From positions 128,001 through 192,000 of the forward strand of contig CAXXWX010000027.1 of the NCBI GenBank assembly GCA_963675745.2: a stretch of 64,000 nucleotides of DNA, given 5' to 3'. Source of the stretch: Phycisphaerae bacterium. GTDB lineage: Bacteria; Planctomycetota; Phycisphaerae; UBA1845; Fen-1342. Both the position numbers and the translations under genes were made by a program. The notes under the pieces are model-generated. The model was not told where the DNA came from, made no database searches, and saw only the letters and a program-made list of their open reading frames with translations. Positions 45,491-56,822 of this stretch are shown piece after piece (positions within the stretch are counted from its first letter, which is position 1; each line of letters starts with the position of its first letter).

Positions 45491-47092
45491 ATGGCGCGAC
45501 GGCTTGTCACCGGGCTACTGGCCGTACTGACATTCTGCACAGCGGCCAACGGTCAGACGGCGGCGGGCAACGCCGGCGGTGCCCAGGACGTCACGATTAG
45601 TGGCACGTTCAGCACCGTCTGGGGCGACCCCGAAGGCCTCGCCGGCACGCCCCACCAGCGGTACTTCATTGACGACGGCGTCAAGACACGCGAGCTCCTG
45701 GTGGACGAGGACACGCTGCGGGCCGCCGGCGGCGGCTGGGCGCTCAATGGGCAGCCGGTGGCCATAGACGGGTGGACGGTCGATACGCCGTTGGCGCCTG
45801 TCGTCGTGGACCGGCTGATCGCCAACCAGACACGCCTCCCCGCCCCGGGCGAGAAACCCACACTGGGCGGGCGCGTCAGCGGTTCGCAGCCGTACGTGTG
45901 GATTCTGGTCCGTTTCGCCGGCGACCCCAGCACGCCCGAGCCGGTGAGCTGGTTCGAGTCGCAGGCCCTCGGCCCCAAGCCCAGCATGGACGACTTCTGG
46001 CGCGAACAATCGTTCGACCAGATCAACCTGATCGGCAGCGAGGTCTATGGCTGGTACGACCTGCCCCACCCGCGCTCGCACTACATGAGCGGCGACGACT
46101 TCCTGCTCAGTGAGGCCTTTGACGACGCCGTCGCCGAGGCCGACGCGGACGTGTACTTCCCCACCTTCATCGGCATCAACGTGATCTTCAACGACACGCT
46201 CGACTGCTGTGCCTGGGGCGGCTCGCGGACGCGGACGCTGGACGGCGTCACCAAGACCTATGGCGTGACCTGGATGCCTCCGTGGGGTTGGCGTGAGCAC
46301 GGCGTGATCGGTCACGAAATGGGCCACGCACTGGGGCTGCCGCACTCTTCCGGGCCGTACGGTGCCGTGTATGACTCCAAGTGGGACGTCATGAGCAGCG
46401 CGACCGGGACGTGCGCCACATTTGATCCGGTCTACGGGTGTCTGGGGCTGCACACGATCTCGTACCACAAGGACATGCTAGACTGGATCGCGCCGTCGCA
46501 ACGCTGGGAGACCGACTCGTATCCCCAGGCGCAAGCCCTGATGCTCTGCAACCTGGCGGTGCTCCCGCCCAGCGGGTACTTCCACATCCTGCGAATGTCG
46601 AAGTGGCAGACCGCCCCGTCGCAGTTCTACACGGTCGAGCTGCGCCGCCTGGTCGGCTATGACGAAAACGTTGCCGCCGACGCCGTCGTCATGCACGACG
46701 TCGATCCGACGCGCGCCAGCCACGCCCTGGTGGTTGACAGCGATGGCGATGGTGATTGCAACGACGAGGGGGCCATCTGGGAGGTGGGCGAGTCGTTCTG
46801 GGACGCATCGAACGACATCGTCATGACGGTGGAGTGGACCACGGCGGATAACGCGGGGATCACGTTCACCAACGCCGCCCGATCGGCGGTGTATGTTGAC
46901 TCCGGCGCGAGCGGCTATCAAGACGGCAGCTCCGCCGACCCTTGGAGCACCGTGTGGGTCGGGTACATCGGGGCGACGCCCGGCGGCACGGTGTACATCG
47001 ATCCGGGCTCGTATGACGAGTCGGTCACGCTGCGCAAGCCGACGACGCTGCGCCGCTGGGGCACATCGGGGACGGTGACGATCGGCCAGTGA
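45491..47092 (+). CDS. secreted zinc metalloprotease, M6/M11-like metzincin
   Basis: GAGGAG SD, signal peptide MARRLVTG, HEMGHALGLPH, WDVMS Met-turn. Confidence 0.85.
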   Translation: MARRLVTGLLAVLTFCTAANGQTAAGNAGGAQDVTISGTFSTVWGDPEGLAGTPHQRYFIDDGVKTRELLVDEDTLRAAGGGWALNGQPVAIDGWTVDTPLAPVVVDRLIANQTRLPAPGEKPTLGGRVSGSQPYVWILVRFAGDPSTPEPVSWFESQALGPKPSMDDFWREQSFDQINLIGSEVYGWYDLPHPRSHYMSGDDFLLSEAFDDAVAEADADVYFPTFIGINVIFNDTLDCCAWGGSRTRTLDGVTKTYGVTWMPPWGWREHGVIGHEMGHALGLPHSSGPYGAVYDSKWDVMSSATGTCATFDPVYGCLGLHTISYHKDMLDWIAPSQRWETDSYPQAQALMLCNLAVLPPSGYFHILRMSKWQTAPSQFYTVELRRLVGYDENVAADAVVMHDVDPTRASHALVVDSDGDGDCNDEGAIWEVGESFWDASNDIVMTVEWTTADNAGITFTNAARSAVYVDSGASGYQDGSSADPWSTVWVGYIGATPGGTVYIDPGSYDESVTLRKPTTLRRWGTSGTVTIGQ

Positions 47093-47127
47093 ATCAAACG
47101 CGACCCCTGCTGAGCGAGGTGCGATCA

Positions 47128-47589
47128 ATGAACGCGACTAACTGGAGAAGAGACGCGCTGCGGTGCGGCGTCCTGGGCTTGCTGGCCTGTGCAGTTCTAC
47201 CGCTTGCAGCGGCCCAGCAGTACGAGATCGATTGGTGGACCGTTGACTCGGGCGGCGGAGCGTCCAGCGGCGGTTACTTCGACGTAGCCGGCACGGTCGG
47301 TCAGCACGATGCGGGCACAACCATCATGACCGGCGGCGGATTCGAACTGACCGGCGGATTCTGGGGCGTCACCACCACTGGGGAGCCACAGTACGAGGTC
47401 GGCGATCTTAATTGCGACGGATGGGTCAACAACGGTGATATAGACGCCTTTGTATACGCCCTCTCGTATCCCGAGCAGTATCCCGATGAGTACCCCGACT
47501 GCGACATCATGCTCGGGGACATCAACGGCGATGGCTGGATGAACAACGGGGATATCGACGCCTTCATCACGCTTTTGAACGAGCAGTAG
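47128..47589 (+). CDS. small secreted protein: IDWWTVDSGG domain plus dockerin-like module
   Basis: Close paralog of 3691-4119; GAGGT SD; signal peptide. Confidence 0.8.
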   Translation: MNATNWRRDALRCGVLGLLACAVLPLAAAQQYEIDWWTVDSGGGASSGGYFDVAGTVGQHDAGTTIMTGGGFELTGGFWGVTTTGEPQYEVGDLNCDGWVNNGDIDAFVYALSYPEQYPDEYPDCDIMLGDINGDGWMNNGDIDAFITLLNEQ

Positions 47590-47916
47590 CCCCGCGCTCG
47601 CACGGCAGTTCGGGTCAAACGCAGCGCCCCGGCACCTCCGCGGTGCCGGGGTGCCGCAACATACGCGCGTCCCCCCCACACCAATGGCCCGCGTCGCGCA
47701 GGCTGCCACAGCACCGCCTATCGGACGCCGGACACCCATCTGTGGCACCGGTTTTCAACCTGTGGGCTTCACGGGGTGATAAGCCTGTACCACAGTCCAC
47801 GGACGGGTGCTAACGCCCCCCATGGCATCGTGCCGATGACACCACGTGGTGTATGTGCGCTGCGGCCGATCTGCCCAGGCAGCCGGCGGCGGCGGCTGAT
47901 CGTCTACGAGAGTCCA

Positions 47917-48978
47917 ATGGCCAATTCGGTAGCGGCGTACCTTGATGAGCCCGAAGGCAAGCAGCAGCGACAGCGGCTGCGGCACGCCCTCCTCGCGGTC
48001 GCCACCGTGGTCGCGGTCGGCATTATCGGGTTCATGATCATCGAGCCGACCTGGGGATTCTGGAAATCACTGTACTTCACGCTCATAACAATCACGACCG
48101 TCGGCTACAGCGACTACGACCTGAGGCCCGAGGGGCAGGGCTTCGCCGTCCTCCTGCTCGTTGTGGGCATCGCAACCGCCACCTATGCCTTTGGGCAGGT
48201 CGTGCAGACGGCGGTCACCTATCAGTTCGCCTGGAGACGCAGGATGCAGAAGACGATCGACGGGCTGACAGACCATTTCATCGTGTGCGGCCTCGGACGC
48301 GTCGGGTCCACGGTTTTTGAACGACTCGCCGCCGAGGGCGTTCCCGCGGTTGCCATCGAAACCGACAGCACGCGGGTCCAGTGGGCACGGGCCTGCGGCT
48401 ACGCGGTGATCGAGGCGTGCGCCACCGAAGACGACACGCTGCTCCAGGCTGGAATCGAGCGCGCCCGCGGAGTCGTATGCGCGGTCAACTCGGATTCAGA
48501 GAACATCGTGATCACGCTGAGCGCCAACGAGTTGAACCCGGATGCCGTCATCATCAGCCGCGCCGATGATGAGAACGCCGTCCGCAAGCTGCAGCGCGCC
48601 GGGGCAACACATGTGGTATCGCCGGCGCGGCGTGGCGGCGACGACATAGCGAATCTGCTGCTCCGACCACACCTGACGGAGTTCGTGAAAGCCTCACACC
48701 AGTCCGGTAGCGACTACATGCTCGGCGAGGTAACCATACACGCGGATTCTGCGCTGGTGGGCCAGACCCTGCGCGAATATGGCGTCGTGGCGAGATCTCT
48801 CGTGTATGTCGCGATCAAGCACACCGGTGAGCCGGCGCGCACGCGTCCGGCGGCCGACGAGCAGTTTCGTGCCGGTGATGTGGTTATCGTCGCCGGCGGG
48901 CCTGAGATCGTGTCGAGCATGATCGAAGCGGCCTCGGCTGCTGTGCCGGCCACATCCTTCGCCTCCCCCATCGGCTGA
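47917..48978 (+). CDS. potassium channel protein with TrkA-N/RCK domains
   Basis: TITTVGYSD pore motif, VCGLGRVG, AGATHVVSP. Confidence 0.9.
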   Translation: MANSVAAYLDEPEGKQQRQRLRHALLAVATVVAVGIIGFMIIEPTWGFWKSLYFTLITITTVGYSDYDLRPEGQGFAVLLLVVGIATATYAFGQVVQTAVTYQFAWRRRMQKTIDGLTDHFIVCGLGRVGSTVFERLAAEGVPAVAIETDSTRVQWARACGYAVIEACATEDDTLLQAGIERARGVVCAVNSDSENIVITLSANELNPDAVIISRADDENAVRKLQRAGATHVVSPARRGGDDIANLLLRPHLTEFVKASHQSGSDYMLGEVTIHADSALVGQTLREYGVVARSLVYVAIKHTGEPARTRPAADEQFRAGDVVIVAGGPEIVSSMIEAASAAVPATSFASPIG

Positions 48979-49193
48979 CGCGAGAGTTGTTCCGGCCTGC
49001 GCGAGAGCAATCCCGGTGGGCGGCGCCCCCTCTCTACAGAGCGATCTCGGCGACCATAGCCCGCCCTACCGAGACGACCGGCTCAGGCCTCGTCCGCCGC
49101 CGCGGCACACAGCCACATGACAGACCGTTTTTGAAACCGCTCTGGAAGGGTATAATCGCAACTGGTCGTCGGAACGAGAGGCCCTCAACCCCA

Positions 49194-49766
49194 ATGGGAA
49201 AGCCAGGCGAGACAACCCAGCTCCTTAACGCCCTCGAAGCGGGCAGACCAGACGTTGCAGACCGGCTTTATCGGCTGGTACACGACGAGTTGCGCCGTCT
49301 GGCTGAGCACCATTTCCGCCGGCAGCCCGCCGACCACACTTTGCAGCCCACCGCGTTGGTCAACGACGCATTCATGCGGCTGGTCGACCAGGCCCACGCC
49401 GAGTGGCAGAGTCGCGCGCACTTCCTCGCCGTCGCCGCCAAGGCCATGCGTCAGATTCTCATCGATCATGCCCGGGCCCGGTCGCGGCAGAAGCGTGGCG
49501 GCGATCTTTGCCGAGTCACCATGAGCGAGGCCGCCACGCCCATCACCGACGCCGATCCGGAAATCCTCGATCTCGACGAGGCCCTTCAGCATCTCGCCAA
49601 ACTCGATGCGCGACAAAGCCGTATTGTCGAACTGCGTTTCTTCGGCGGGATGGCGGTTGACGCGATCGCTCACGTTCTGAACGTGTCCAAGACAACCGTT
49701 GAGAGCGATTGGCGCATGGCCCGCGCCTGGCTGCGGCGTGAACTGACGAGCGGCACCACCGGCTGA
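49194..49766 (+). CDS. ECF-type sigma factor (TIGR02999 type)
   Basis: HTLQPTALV, RQILIDHAR...KRGG, VELRFFGG, DWRMARAWL. Confidence 0.92.
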   Translation: MGKPGETTQLLNALEAGRPDVADRLYRLVHDELRRLAEHHFRRQPADHTLQPTALVNDAFMRLVDQAHAEWQSRAHFLAVAAKAMRQILIDHARARSRQKRGGDLCRVTMSEAATPITDADPEILDLDEALQHLAKLDARQSRIVELRFFGGMAVDAIAHVLNVSKTTVESDWRMARAWLRRELTSGTTG

Positions 49767-49950
49767 CTCCCGACGGTTGCCGGCATGTCGAGGGCACCTT
49801 CGGCAAGGCACGACCCGCCGCCCGCGACTGGCGCAGTTTCAATAAGGATTCGCCACTTGGCCGTGTCACGGCTCTGTGAGCCGTGAGGCCGGCGTCGGAA
49901 CCGCACTGCTCAAGAGCAGTGGCACACGCCGGACGGTTTCCGACAGCATG

Positions 49951-52152
49951 CTACGGGCCTCGCGGCTCGAGTTGGGGCGGGGCCATGACGAAGCCCACCG
50001 TGTCATTGACCAGCCGTTCGTGAAGGCGCTGCGCTTCCTTGACCACCACATCCATGCGGCTGTCCAGTTTGCCGAGCTGTGCGCGAATGCGCGCCTGGGC
50101 ACCACGGCGCGCGCCGCTGTGGTACTCATCGACCAGGTCTGAATACTCCTGACGAAGGGCGGTGTACTGATCCCACTTGGCGGCCAATCCCTGGTTCAGC
50201 ATCTCGATAAGTTTGCTCTGCGCGATCCCGATCGAAAGCCGGTCCGCGATGTCCAGGTCGCGCTCGAGCTCGCGCAGCTCGCGCGTCTTGCGGTTCTCAT
50301 TGATTTCAGGGAACTCCTCCATGCGCGCGTCGATCTCGACCAGCATCTGCCGGGCCACATCCCGACTGGCGCGCCACATCGCGTCCGGCGTGCTGAGCGG
50401 GGCGCCCATATACTGGTGGTCGGGAAAACGCTCCATCACCGCCAGGTAACCGCCCGCAAGCAGCCCCACATCATCGTCGCGCGCCACGCCGCGGAACTGC
50501 TTGGCGGCGTCGGCATAGTCCCCCAGGCGCAGCGTGTTAACGGCTTGCAGCAGCTTGACCTGCGCCTGATACGCGCCGTGCTTCCGCATGAAGCCCTTCC
50601 GCACTTCCTCCAGCAGCGGACCAGCTCGCTCCCAGTCGGGGCTGTCGAGCACTTCGGCGATCTCTCGGATCTCGTCGTCCTTGATATCCAGCCGCTCCAC
50701 CAGCCGCCGCCCACTGGCGTTGTAGTACGCCCATTCGACAATTCGCAAGTCAACGCGCTCGGCCGCCGCCAGGTTGAGCTCAAGCGGGGCAGCCGACCAG
50801 GTTGTTACCGCCTTCACCGGCTTCCCACCCATCTTGCCGCGCAGCCGCTCCCCACTGCGCGTCTCGACGGTGCGCTGGTCGTTCTTGTAGGCGCGAATGG
50901 TCTCGATGTCGGATACGGCATAGTGCGCGTCGTCAATCACCACTTCGCCGTCGATATCCGCGACGCTCAGCACGTTCTGATCTGCGCTGACCACCGCCCC
51001 TGTCCCCGAGAGCAGGGGGACCACCTGCGTGCGATATGGGAATGCCAGCACCGAGATGCCGCGCAGCGAGGTGGCCTTCTCTTTGCCGGCCAATTCAAAA
51101 CGCAACTCCGCTTCCGCCGCGGCGAAGGTCAGTTGGTCCCCGCCATCCATGATGACCGTCGCCGAATCGCCGTCCACAAACAGGTAGGCGGCCTGGCTGA
51201 ACGGTACTTCATAGGTTCCCAGCTCGGTCTCGACAGTCAGCGAATCGGTCAGCAGCTTGGCCTTGCGCACCGTGCCGTCCGGATGGTGAATCACCACGGT
51301 CTCTTCGTCCGATTCCCGCTCAAAGGTCGGCAGGCGCAGGATGCCGTTCTGATCGAGGAAAATGTCGGCAAACGGAAATATGTCAGCCTGCTTGGAAATA
51401 ACCTCCTTCTCGAACGCCGCCTTGAGAAACTGCTTGAGCAGATGGGCCGGCACCGCCCCGGAACGGTCCTTCTCTCCCTGTCTGAAACGCTTGTGTGTCG
51501 CGATACCGATCAACTGCCCGGCCCGGCTGGTCACCGGCCCGCCGCTGTTGCCGGGATGCACCTCGGCGTCCGTCTCGACATAGCTGATCGCCCCGCTCGT
51601 CGTACGCATCAGCTCGGTGACCTCGCCGCGCGTGATCACCACGCCCGTTCCGCGCGCGCCGGCCGCCGGGAACCCCGTGACCTGGGCTTTCAGCCCTTCG
51701 ACCAGCATTCCGTCCGGGATCAGCGAGATGAAGTATGGCGTCTTGGGGAATTCGCCGTCCTCGGCCTTGAGCTGGAGAATGGCGAGGTCGGTGGATTCGA
51801 CGTGGTGCAGGAGCTCCGCATCCACGCGGTGCTCCTGGTCAGTGCCGGGGTAGACCAGGATGTAGTAATTCGCCTTGGTCATTCCGTGGCTGGTCATCTG
51901 GAGCCGCTCCTGCACTGATTTGCCGTGCATCGCGTCAACCACGTGGTTATTGGTGATAACCAGACCGTTGCGGTTGATGAAGAAACCGGTGCCCTGGCCT
52001 CCCGTGTTCGAGCCCGGCACTTCGCGTATGACCAGCACCGTTGCGCGCTTTACGCGTTCTCCGATTGAGACCGGCCCCGCGGCGACGGCCTGGTCGAGCA
52101 TGAGCGTCCCCGCCAGCAGCGCCAGGCATTTCACGGTCCATGATCGCTTCAT
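49951..52152 (-). CDS. secreted trypsin-like serine protease with long C-terminal extension
   Basis: GTGFFI, TNNHVV, DLAIL, PGNSGGP; signal peptide MKRSWTV; coiled-coil tail. Confidence 0.88.
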   Translation of the reverse strand: MKRSWTVKCLALLAGTLMLDQAVAAGPVSIGERVKRATVLVIREVPGSNTGGQGTGFFINRNGLVITNNHVVDAMHGKSVQERLQMTSHGMTKANYYILVYPGTDQEHRVDAELLHHVESTDLAILQLKAEDGEFPKTPYFISLIPDGMLVEGLKAQVTGFPAAGARGTGVVITRGEVTELMRTTSGAISYVETDAEVHPGNSGGPVTSRAGQLIGIATHKRFRQGEKDRSGAVPAHLLKQFLKAAFEKEVISKQADIFPFADIFLDQNGILRLPTFERESDEETVVIHHPDGTVRKAKLLTDSLTVETELGTYEVPFSQAAYLFVDGDSATVIMDGGDQLTFAAAEAELRFELAGKEKATSLRGISVLAFPYRTQVVPLLSGTGAVVSADQNVLSVADIDGEVVIDDAHYAVSDIETIRAYKNDQRTVETRSGERLRGKMGGKPVKAVTTWSAAPLELNLAAAERVDLRIVEWAYYNASGRRLVERLDIKDDEIREIAEVLDSPDWERAGPLLEEVRKGFMRKHGAYQAQVKLLQAVNTLRLGDYADAAKQFRGVARDDDVGLLAGGYLAVMERFPDHQYMGAPLSTPDAMWRASRDVARQMLVEIDARMEEFPEINENRKTRELRELERDLDIADRLSIGIAQSKLIEMLNQGLAAKWDQYTALRQEYSDLVDEYHSGARRGAQARIRAQLGKLDSRMDVVVKEAQRLHERLVNDTVGFVMAPPQLEPRGP

Positions 52153-52525
52153 CGCTCGTCTCCAACTACGCGTGCGAAACCCCAAGAAGTGCAACACCAT
52201 CACCCCGACTTTATAAGACGCCGCCCCGCCGTCAAGCTGATTCCCGGTGATTGAGCGGGATGGCGCCGGGCATTCGTGGAGACTTGGCACGGCGGTTGTG
52301 TCAAACGTGAGCGAGTTGGATACCGTACGGTGCGCCCCGCTGACCACTCGTGGCGTCCGCGTGCCGGCGGCGGTGCGCATAAAGGAGCGGTGCCCGGCAT
52401 GCCTGCCACACGCCGAACACCGCTCTAACCCCCCTAAGCGGCGGCTCTCTCCCCGGCCCCCCCGCGGGCGATCGACGGCTTGTCAACCGTCGATCCTTGG
52501 GCCGGCCCGCGCCGCGGCCGCGAGA

Positions 52526-52723
52526 TTATTCGTCGCCCGTCAAGAGGTCGTAAACCGAGTAGTCATAGCCGTAGGGCGAGAAGTCCATCGGCTCCACGGT
52601 CGGCGTCATGAAGTCGCCGGCTTCGACGTAATCGTCACAGCCGGTGCCGAGCGTCCCAAGCACGATGGCGGCGATAGTGACAACCAGCGTAACGACGTTC
52701 TTGCGGGTGTTGGTGCGAGTCAC
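52526..52723 (-). CDS. small putative lipoprotein
   Basis: AAAGGAG SD, GTG start, hydrophobic stretch ending LGTGC. Confidence 0.6.
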   Translation of the reverse strand: MTRTNTRKNVVTLVVTIAAIVLGTLGTGCDDYVEAGDFMTPTVEPMDFSPYGYDYSVYDLLTGDE

Positions 52724-52979
52724 GGTCAAGCTCCTTTGGTAGGCAAACACTGTTTCACTCTCCCGGGTGACCGCCGCTTGCGTTCACCTCATGAGAACAT
52801 TGCCGCCGGAGAGAGGTTTCTGACAAAACCCGCTAAAAAAAGTCCGCCGGGTGGCGTTGGTGGCGTGGCGCGCTGCTCGCGAAATGGTGCGGAGAAGCGT
52901 ATAATCGGCGAATGAACCGCATCATCATGCAGGTTACGTGATGGGCGCGGATCGCCACTCCCTCTCAAGGAGCCCGATT

Positions 52980-55793
52980 GTGGACGCTCTAAATGCCCGA
53001 TTCCATCTATCACTCGCCCTCGCGGCCGCCGCCCTCGCCTCTTTGGCCGTCGCCGGCCAGCACGAAACGCTGCTACGCCGCTATGTGCCCATCACGGCGT
53101 ACGAAGACTACAGCGATGCGGTCAGCGTTGACGCGAACCGCCGCTATACCTACATGGATGTCGAAGACACGCACATCAGCGCCGCGACCCCCGACCTGAA
53201 CTTCGGCCACAGTCCGCAACTGGTGATCAGCGACGGCGCGCGCGATCGAATCCTGATCGCGTTCGAGCAGCTTTATCGCGCCTTAACCGTCGGCAGCGAG
53301 GTCACCGATGTTGAGCTGATCCTGGTACCCGCCGCCGATCTCGATCTTGACGCCGTCGTCGAGCTGCATCGCGTATTGCTCCCTTGGCGTGATGGCGGCG
53401 GTACGGGTACGCGCCTGGTCGGGGCGGTCACCTACAACGACCGTTTCGCCGCCGAACCCAGGTTTCGTCGCGCCTGGACAACGCCCGGCGGCGATGCGGA
53501 TCGCGCGGAACAGCCCAGCTTGCGCGGCAGGCTGCGCGACTTCTTCGACGCTGATACCGGCCGCCTGGTCCTCTCGGGACCGGGGCTCGTCGATGACGTC
53601 AAGCTCTGGCGAGGGCGACACTATCGCAACTATGGTTGGGCAATCTCGATCGCCGACGCACCGACGACCGAAGAGGGCAAGGCGCGTCCGCCGCTGGCGT
53701 TCCACTCGTCCGACGTGCTCGAAGAAGCACACCGGCCGGCGTTGCGTGTGGTCTATGTGGACAAACCCCTGGTGAAGCCCGCGCTGCCCGACCTGGACGT
53801 CACCTTCATCGAGCGTACGCCACGTTACTACCGCTACAACGATAACGGCCGCACCAGTTACGTGCGCCAGGACTTCCACGGCGACACACCCGGCATCATG
53901 CTGCATCCGGACTATGAGCGGTATCAGAAGCACCCCGAACCAGGTGACTTGGTTGTATTCATCGCGCACATCAAGAACGCCAGCGACGTCCCGTTCTCCG
54001 GGCCGCTGACCTACCACTGGCGGATCAATGAGCGGGTGGTGAAGCAACGTGCGTCAAACGCCGCCGGCACTGAGGATGGTGTGACCGCCGAGCCGGTGAC
54101 GGTGACAATTGCACCCTGGGACGAGATCACGACGCGACTCGAGTGGGAATGGGATGTTGATCTCGCCGATCCGCGCAAGGTCGTGCTCGAGTTCGAGGTT
54201 GATCCCGAGGGCGCGATCGCGGAGATCACCGAGAATAACAACGCGCTGACGAAATACGTCGCCGGCCGCACGTTGAAGTACTGGGTGGAGCGAAGTGTGT
54301 ACGAATACGTGAAGGACTACGTCTCCTGCTGGGGTTCGTATTCATTCGAGGACTATTTGCAGTGGCACGTCGATGTATGGAACGAGACGTATTTCTGCAA
54401 GTCGCGCTTTGACGATTTCGCGCCGGACGGCGGACTGCCGCGCGTCACGCTCGATGATTTCGAGATTGTGCCGGACGGTGTCCTTCAAGGCGGCATCCAC
54501 CGCCCTGAGGACGAACTTGACCCCCGTTTTGACGGAGAATGGGGCACGACCTGGGCCAAGGTGCGCGAACCCGACAAGACCGATGAACAGTTGCGCGACT
54601 ACTACTGGTTTCTCCAGCGCCACCGCGTCGTGCTCGAGCCCTCGCTGCTCCACGAATGTTCGCACCAGGTCTGGGGGGCGTACGACATTTACTGGTCCAA
54701 CATTGAGCCCTCCGAACCCACGAAGCCGGTCGGCAAGTGCAAAATCACCGACGAGACCGGCAATTATATCACGCGCGGCGGTTTCTATGTCTTCACCGGA
54801 CTGATGGGCGGCGGCGATACGCGGCCCACGCCCGAGTATTCACAGGGAACCGGGCTTTACGCCGCCAACTCCATCGGCGGCGCAAACGCCAACACGCCTT
54901 TCCGCAACGGGTTCTTTGGCGAATGGCAGTATGACCTGCCCGAAAAGTGCTTCCTGAAGATCACCTCGCGTGACGGTGTGCCCCTGGCCGGAGCCAAGGT
55001 CTCGGCCTGGCAGCAGACCTGGAAGGGAATCCTCGACGAGAATCTGGTCTTTGAAGACCTCGCGGTTGATTCGGACGGCATCCTCCTGTTGCCTGATCAG
55101 GACTCGCTCGAGTCCGAAGACCGCACCACGGTGACCGGGCACACTCTCCGCAAAGCCAACCCCTGGGGGCGCATCGACGTGGTTGGTCAAAACGTCACGC
55201 TGATGCTGCGCGTAGACTATCAAAACCAGCGCGATTATCAGCTTGTGCGGGTCACCAGCTTTAACCGGGCGTTCTGGATGGGGCATCATGACCAATGGAC
55301 TCACCCCCTGCCGTGCCGAATCTCGCCAGCGCCAGACATCGACTTGAACACCAATGTCGCCGTCGGTGCGACGGTGCGCGCATCGCAGGAGTCAGCCGAC
55401 GCAGCGCTGCTCGTCGATGACCAGGTCGAGACACATTGGCGCTCAAGGGGCGCCAACGCCGGCGACTACATTGAGATTGTCCTTGCGCAACCCAGGAATG
55501 TCGGCATCGTCCGGCTGGTGCAGGACGGGGCCAACCCGGCCGACTTCTTCGGGCGATTTGTGATCACAACCAAGCCTGACGCGAGCCCTGGCACGCCTTC
55601 TCAACCGTTCGATGAGCAAGGTCCGATACGATTCAACTACGCGATGTCGTTCGAGAAGGATGTCAGTCCGACACGGCCCAGCGAGCGATGGGTCACTTAT
55701 GCCGCTACGCCTCGAACAGCCCAGGTGATCCGAATAGAAGCAGTCGAACCCGGTCCGACAGATCTTAGCGAGGTGCGCGTCTTCGCCAGGTGA
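52980..55793 (+). CDS. large secreted multidomain protein (DNRLRE-like, CARDB-like, HExxH region, discoidin-like)
   Basis: EDTHI..TPDLNFG / NYGWAI; PDLDV / EITENNN; LHECSH; C-terminal DDQVETHW. Confidence 0.65.
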   Translation: MDALNARFHLSLALAAAALASLAVAGQHETLLRRYVPITAYEDYSDAVSVDANRRYTYMDVEDTHISAATPDLNFGHSPQLVISDGARDRILIAFEQLYRALTVGSEVTDVELILVPAADLDLDAVVELHRVLLPWRDGGGTGTRLVGAVTYNDRFAAEPRFRRAWTTPGGDADRAEQPSLRGRLRDFFDADTGRLVLSGPGLVDDVKLWRGRHYRNYGWAISIADAPTTEEGKARPPLAFHSSDVLEEAHRPALRVVYVDKPLVKPALPDLDVTFIERTPRYYRYNDNGRTSYVRQDFHGDTPGIMLHPDYERYQKHPEPGDLVVFIAHIKNASDVPFSGPLTYHWRINERVVKQRASNAAGTEDGVTAEPVTVTIAPWDEITTRLEWEWDVDLADPRKVVLEFEVDPEGAIAEITENNNALTKYVAGRTLKYWVERSVYEYVKDYVSCWGSYSFEDYLQWHVDVWNETYFCKSRFDDFAPDGGLPRVTLDDFEIVPDGVLQGGIHRPEDELDPRFDGEWGTTWAKVREPDKTDEQLRDYYWFLQRHRVVLEPSLLHECSHQVWGAYDIYWSNIEPSEPTKPVGKCKITDETGNYITRGGFYVFTGLMGGGDTRPTPEYSQGTGLYAANSIGGANANTPFRNGFFGEWQYDLPEKCFLKITSRDGVPLAGAKVSAWQQTWKGILDENLVFEDLAVDSDGILLLPDQDSLESEDRTTVTGHTLRKANPWGRIDVVGQNVTLMLRVDYQNQRDYQLVRVTSFNRAFWMGHHDQWTHPLPCRISPAPDIDLNTNVAVGATVRASQESADAALLVDDQVETHWRSRGANAGDYIEIVLAQPRNVGIVRLVQDGANPADFFGRFVITTKPDASPGTPSQPFDEQGPIRFNYAMSFEKDVSPTRPSERWVTYAATPRTAQVIRIEAVEPGPTDLSEVRVFAR

Positions 55794-56149
55794 CGCCGGG
55801 AGTCCGCACGGAGAAACCGGCGGCAATCAGAGACCGGCTTGACGCGATCTATACGCAACTGGTACCATCAAGTTCGTGTTGTTGTCCAAGGACAGGCTCG
55901 CACACCGGCCCTGCTCTTGCTGACGGTGGGAGTGAGAAGCAACTTCATCCCTCGCCCAGCCATGGTGCGCCGGTTCGTGGCGCGCTTGCGGTTCATGCGC
56001 GCACGCGTGATCCTGACCGGCCGTTGAGGACGCCGGTTGGCGCCCCGAACAACACTTGGAAGAGATGGAGACCCGCGGGTTGGCCATGCCGTGTCGTGCG
56101 CGTCGCCCGACTCCAAACCGCGGACGGCTTAGCTTCGGGAGGAGCAATT

Positions 56150-56763
56150 ATGAGGAGAGCGTTATTGGTTCTGACAGCGGCCGCGCTGATCGCGCCGCTG
56201 GCAATGGCGGATGATCTCAATCCGCCGGCGTGGCGTGGAGCGCCGGGCTCCACGTTCCAACACTGGAATTTCGACAATGGCCCATACAGCCAGCCGATCG
56301 CCCCGGATATGGTTGACAATCCCTACGGAAGCCCCGCTGCTTGATTCCGCGTATGGGGACTACGAAGTGCTGCCCAGCTACGGTGGACGCGACGGGGTTC
56401 TTCAACGCGTTCTACGATTGGGAAGAGATCGAGCTCTTCATCCCGAATCAGCCCATCGAGAACGACTACAAGGAAATCATCCTGCAAGTCGTCTGGCATT
56501 GGGATGGACCGCCCGGCTACTCCTGGGAGCCGCAAGGGACAATCATTGATTCAGATCTCAGTGTGCCGCTGGGAGATGACTGGTACTATGATTACATCCA
56601 CTACCGTTACGACTACAATCCCGACTGCGAAACCCTCACACTCACCAACGACTTTGGTGACCTTTACATCGATCAGATTGTGATCGATACGATCTGTGCC
56701 CCCGAGCCGGCCTCGCTTAGCCTGCTCGCGCTGGCGGGCCTGCTGATCATGCGGCGCCGCTAG
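56150..56763 (+). pseudogene. PEP-CTERM sorting-domain protein split by two +1 frameshifts (pseudogene or sequencing error)
   Basis: Signal peptide MRRALLV and C-terminal APEPASLSLLALAGLLIMRRR lie in different frames; shifts at CCCC 56332-35 and GGGG 56394-97. Confidence 0.8.
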
Positions 56764-56792
56764 ACATTCGTTTGTCGTAATCAGCAAACCAC

Positions 56793-56822
56793 AAGGGCCG
56801 TCCACCTCGGGCGGCCCTTTGT
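56793..56822 (+). terminator. intrinsic terminator
   Basis: AAGGGCCGTCC-ACCTC-GGGCGGCCCTT then TGT. Confidence 0.65.
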
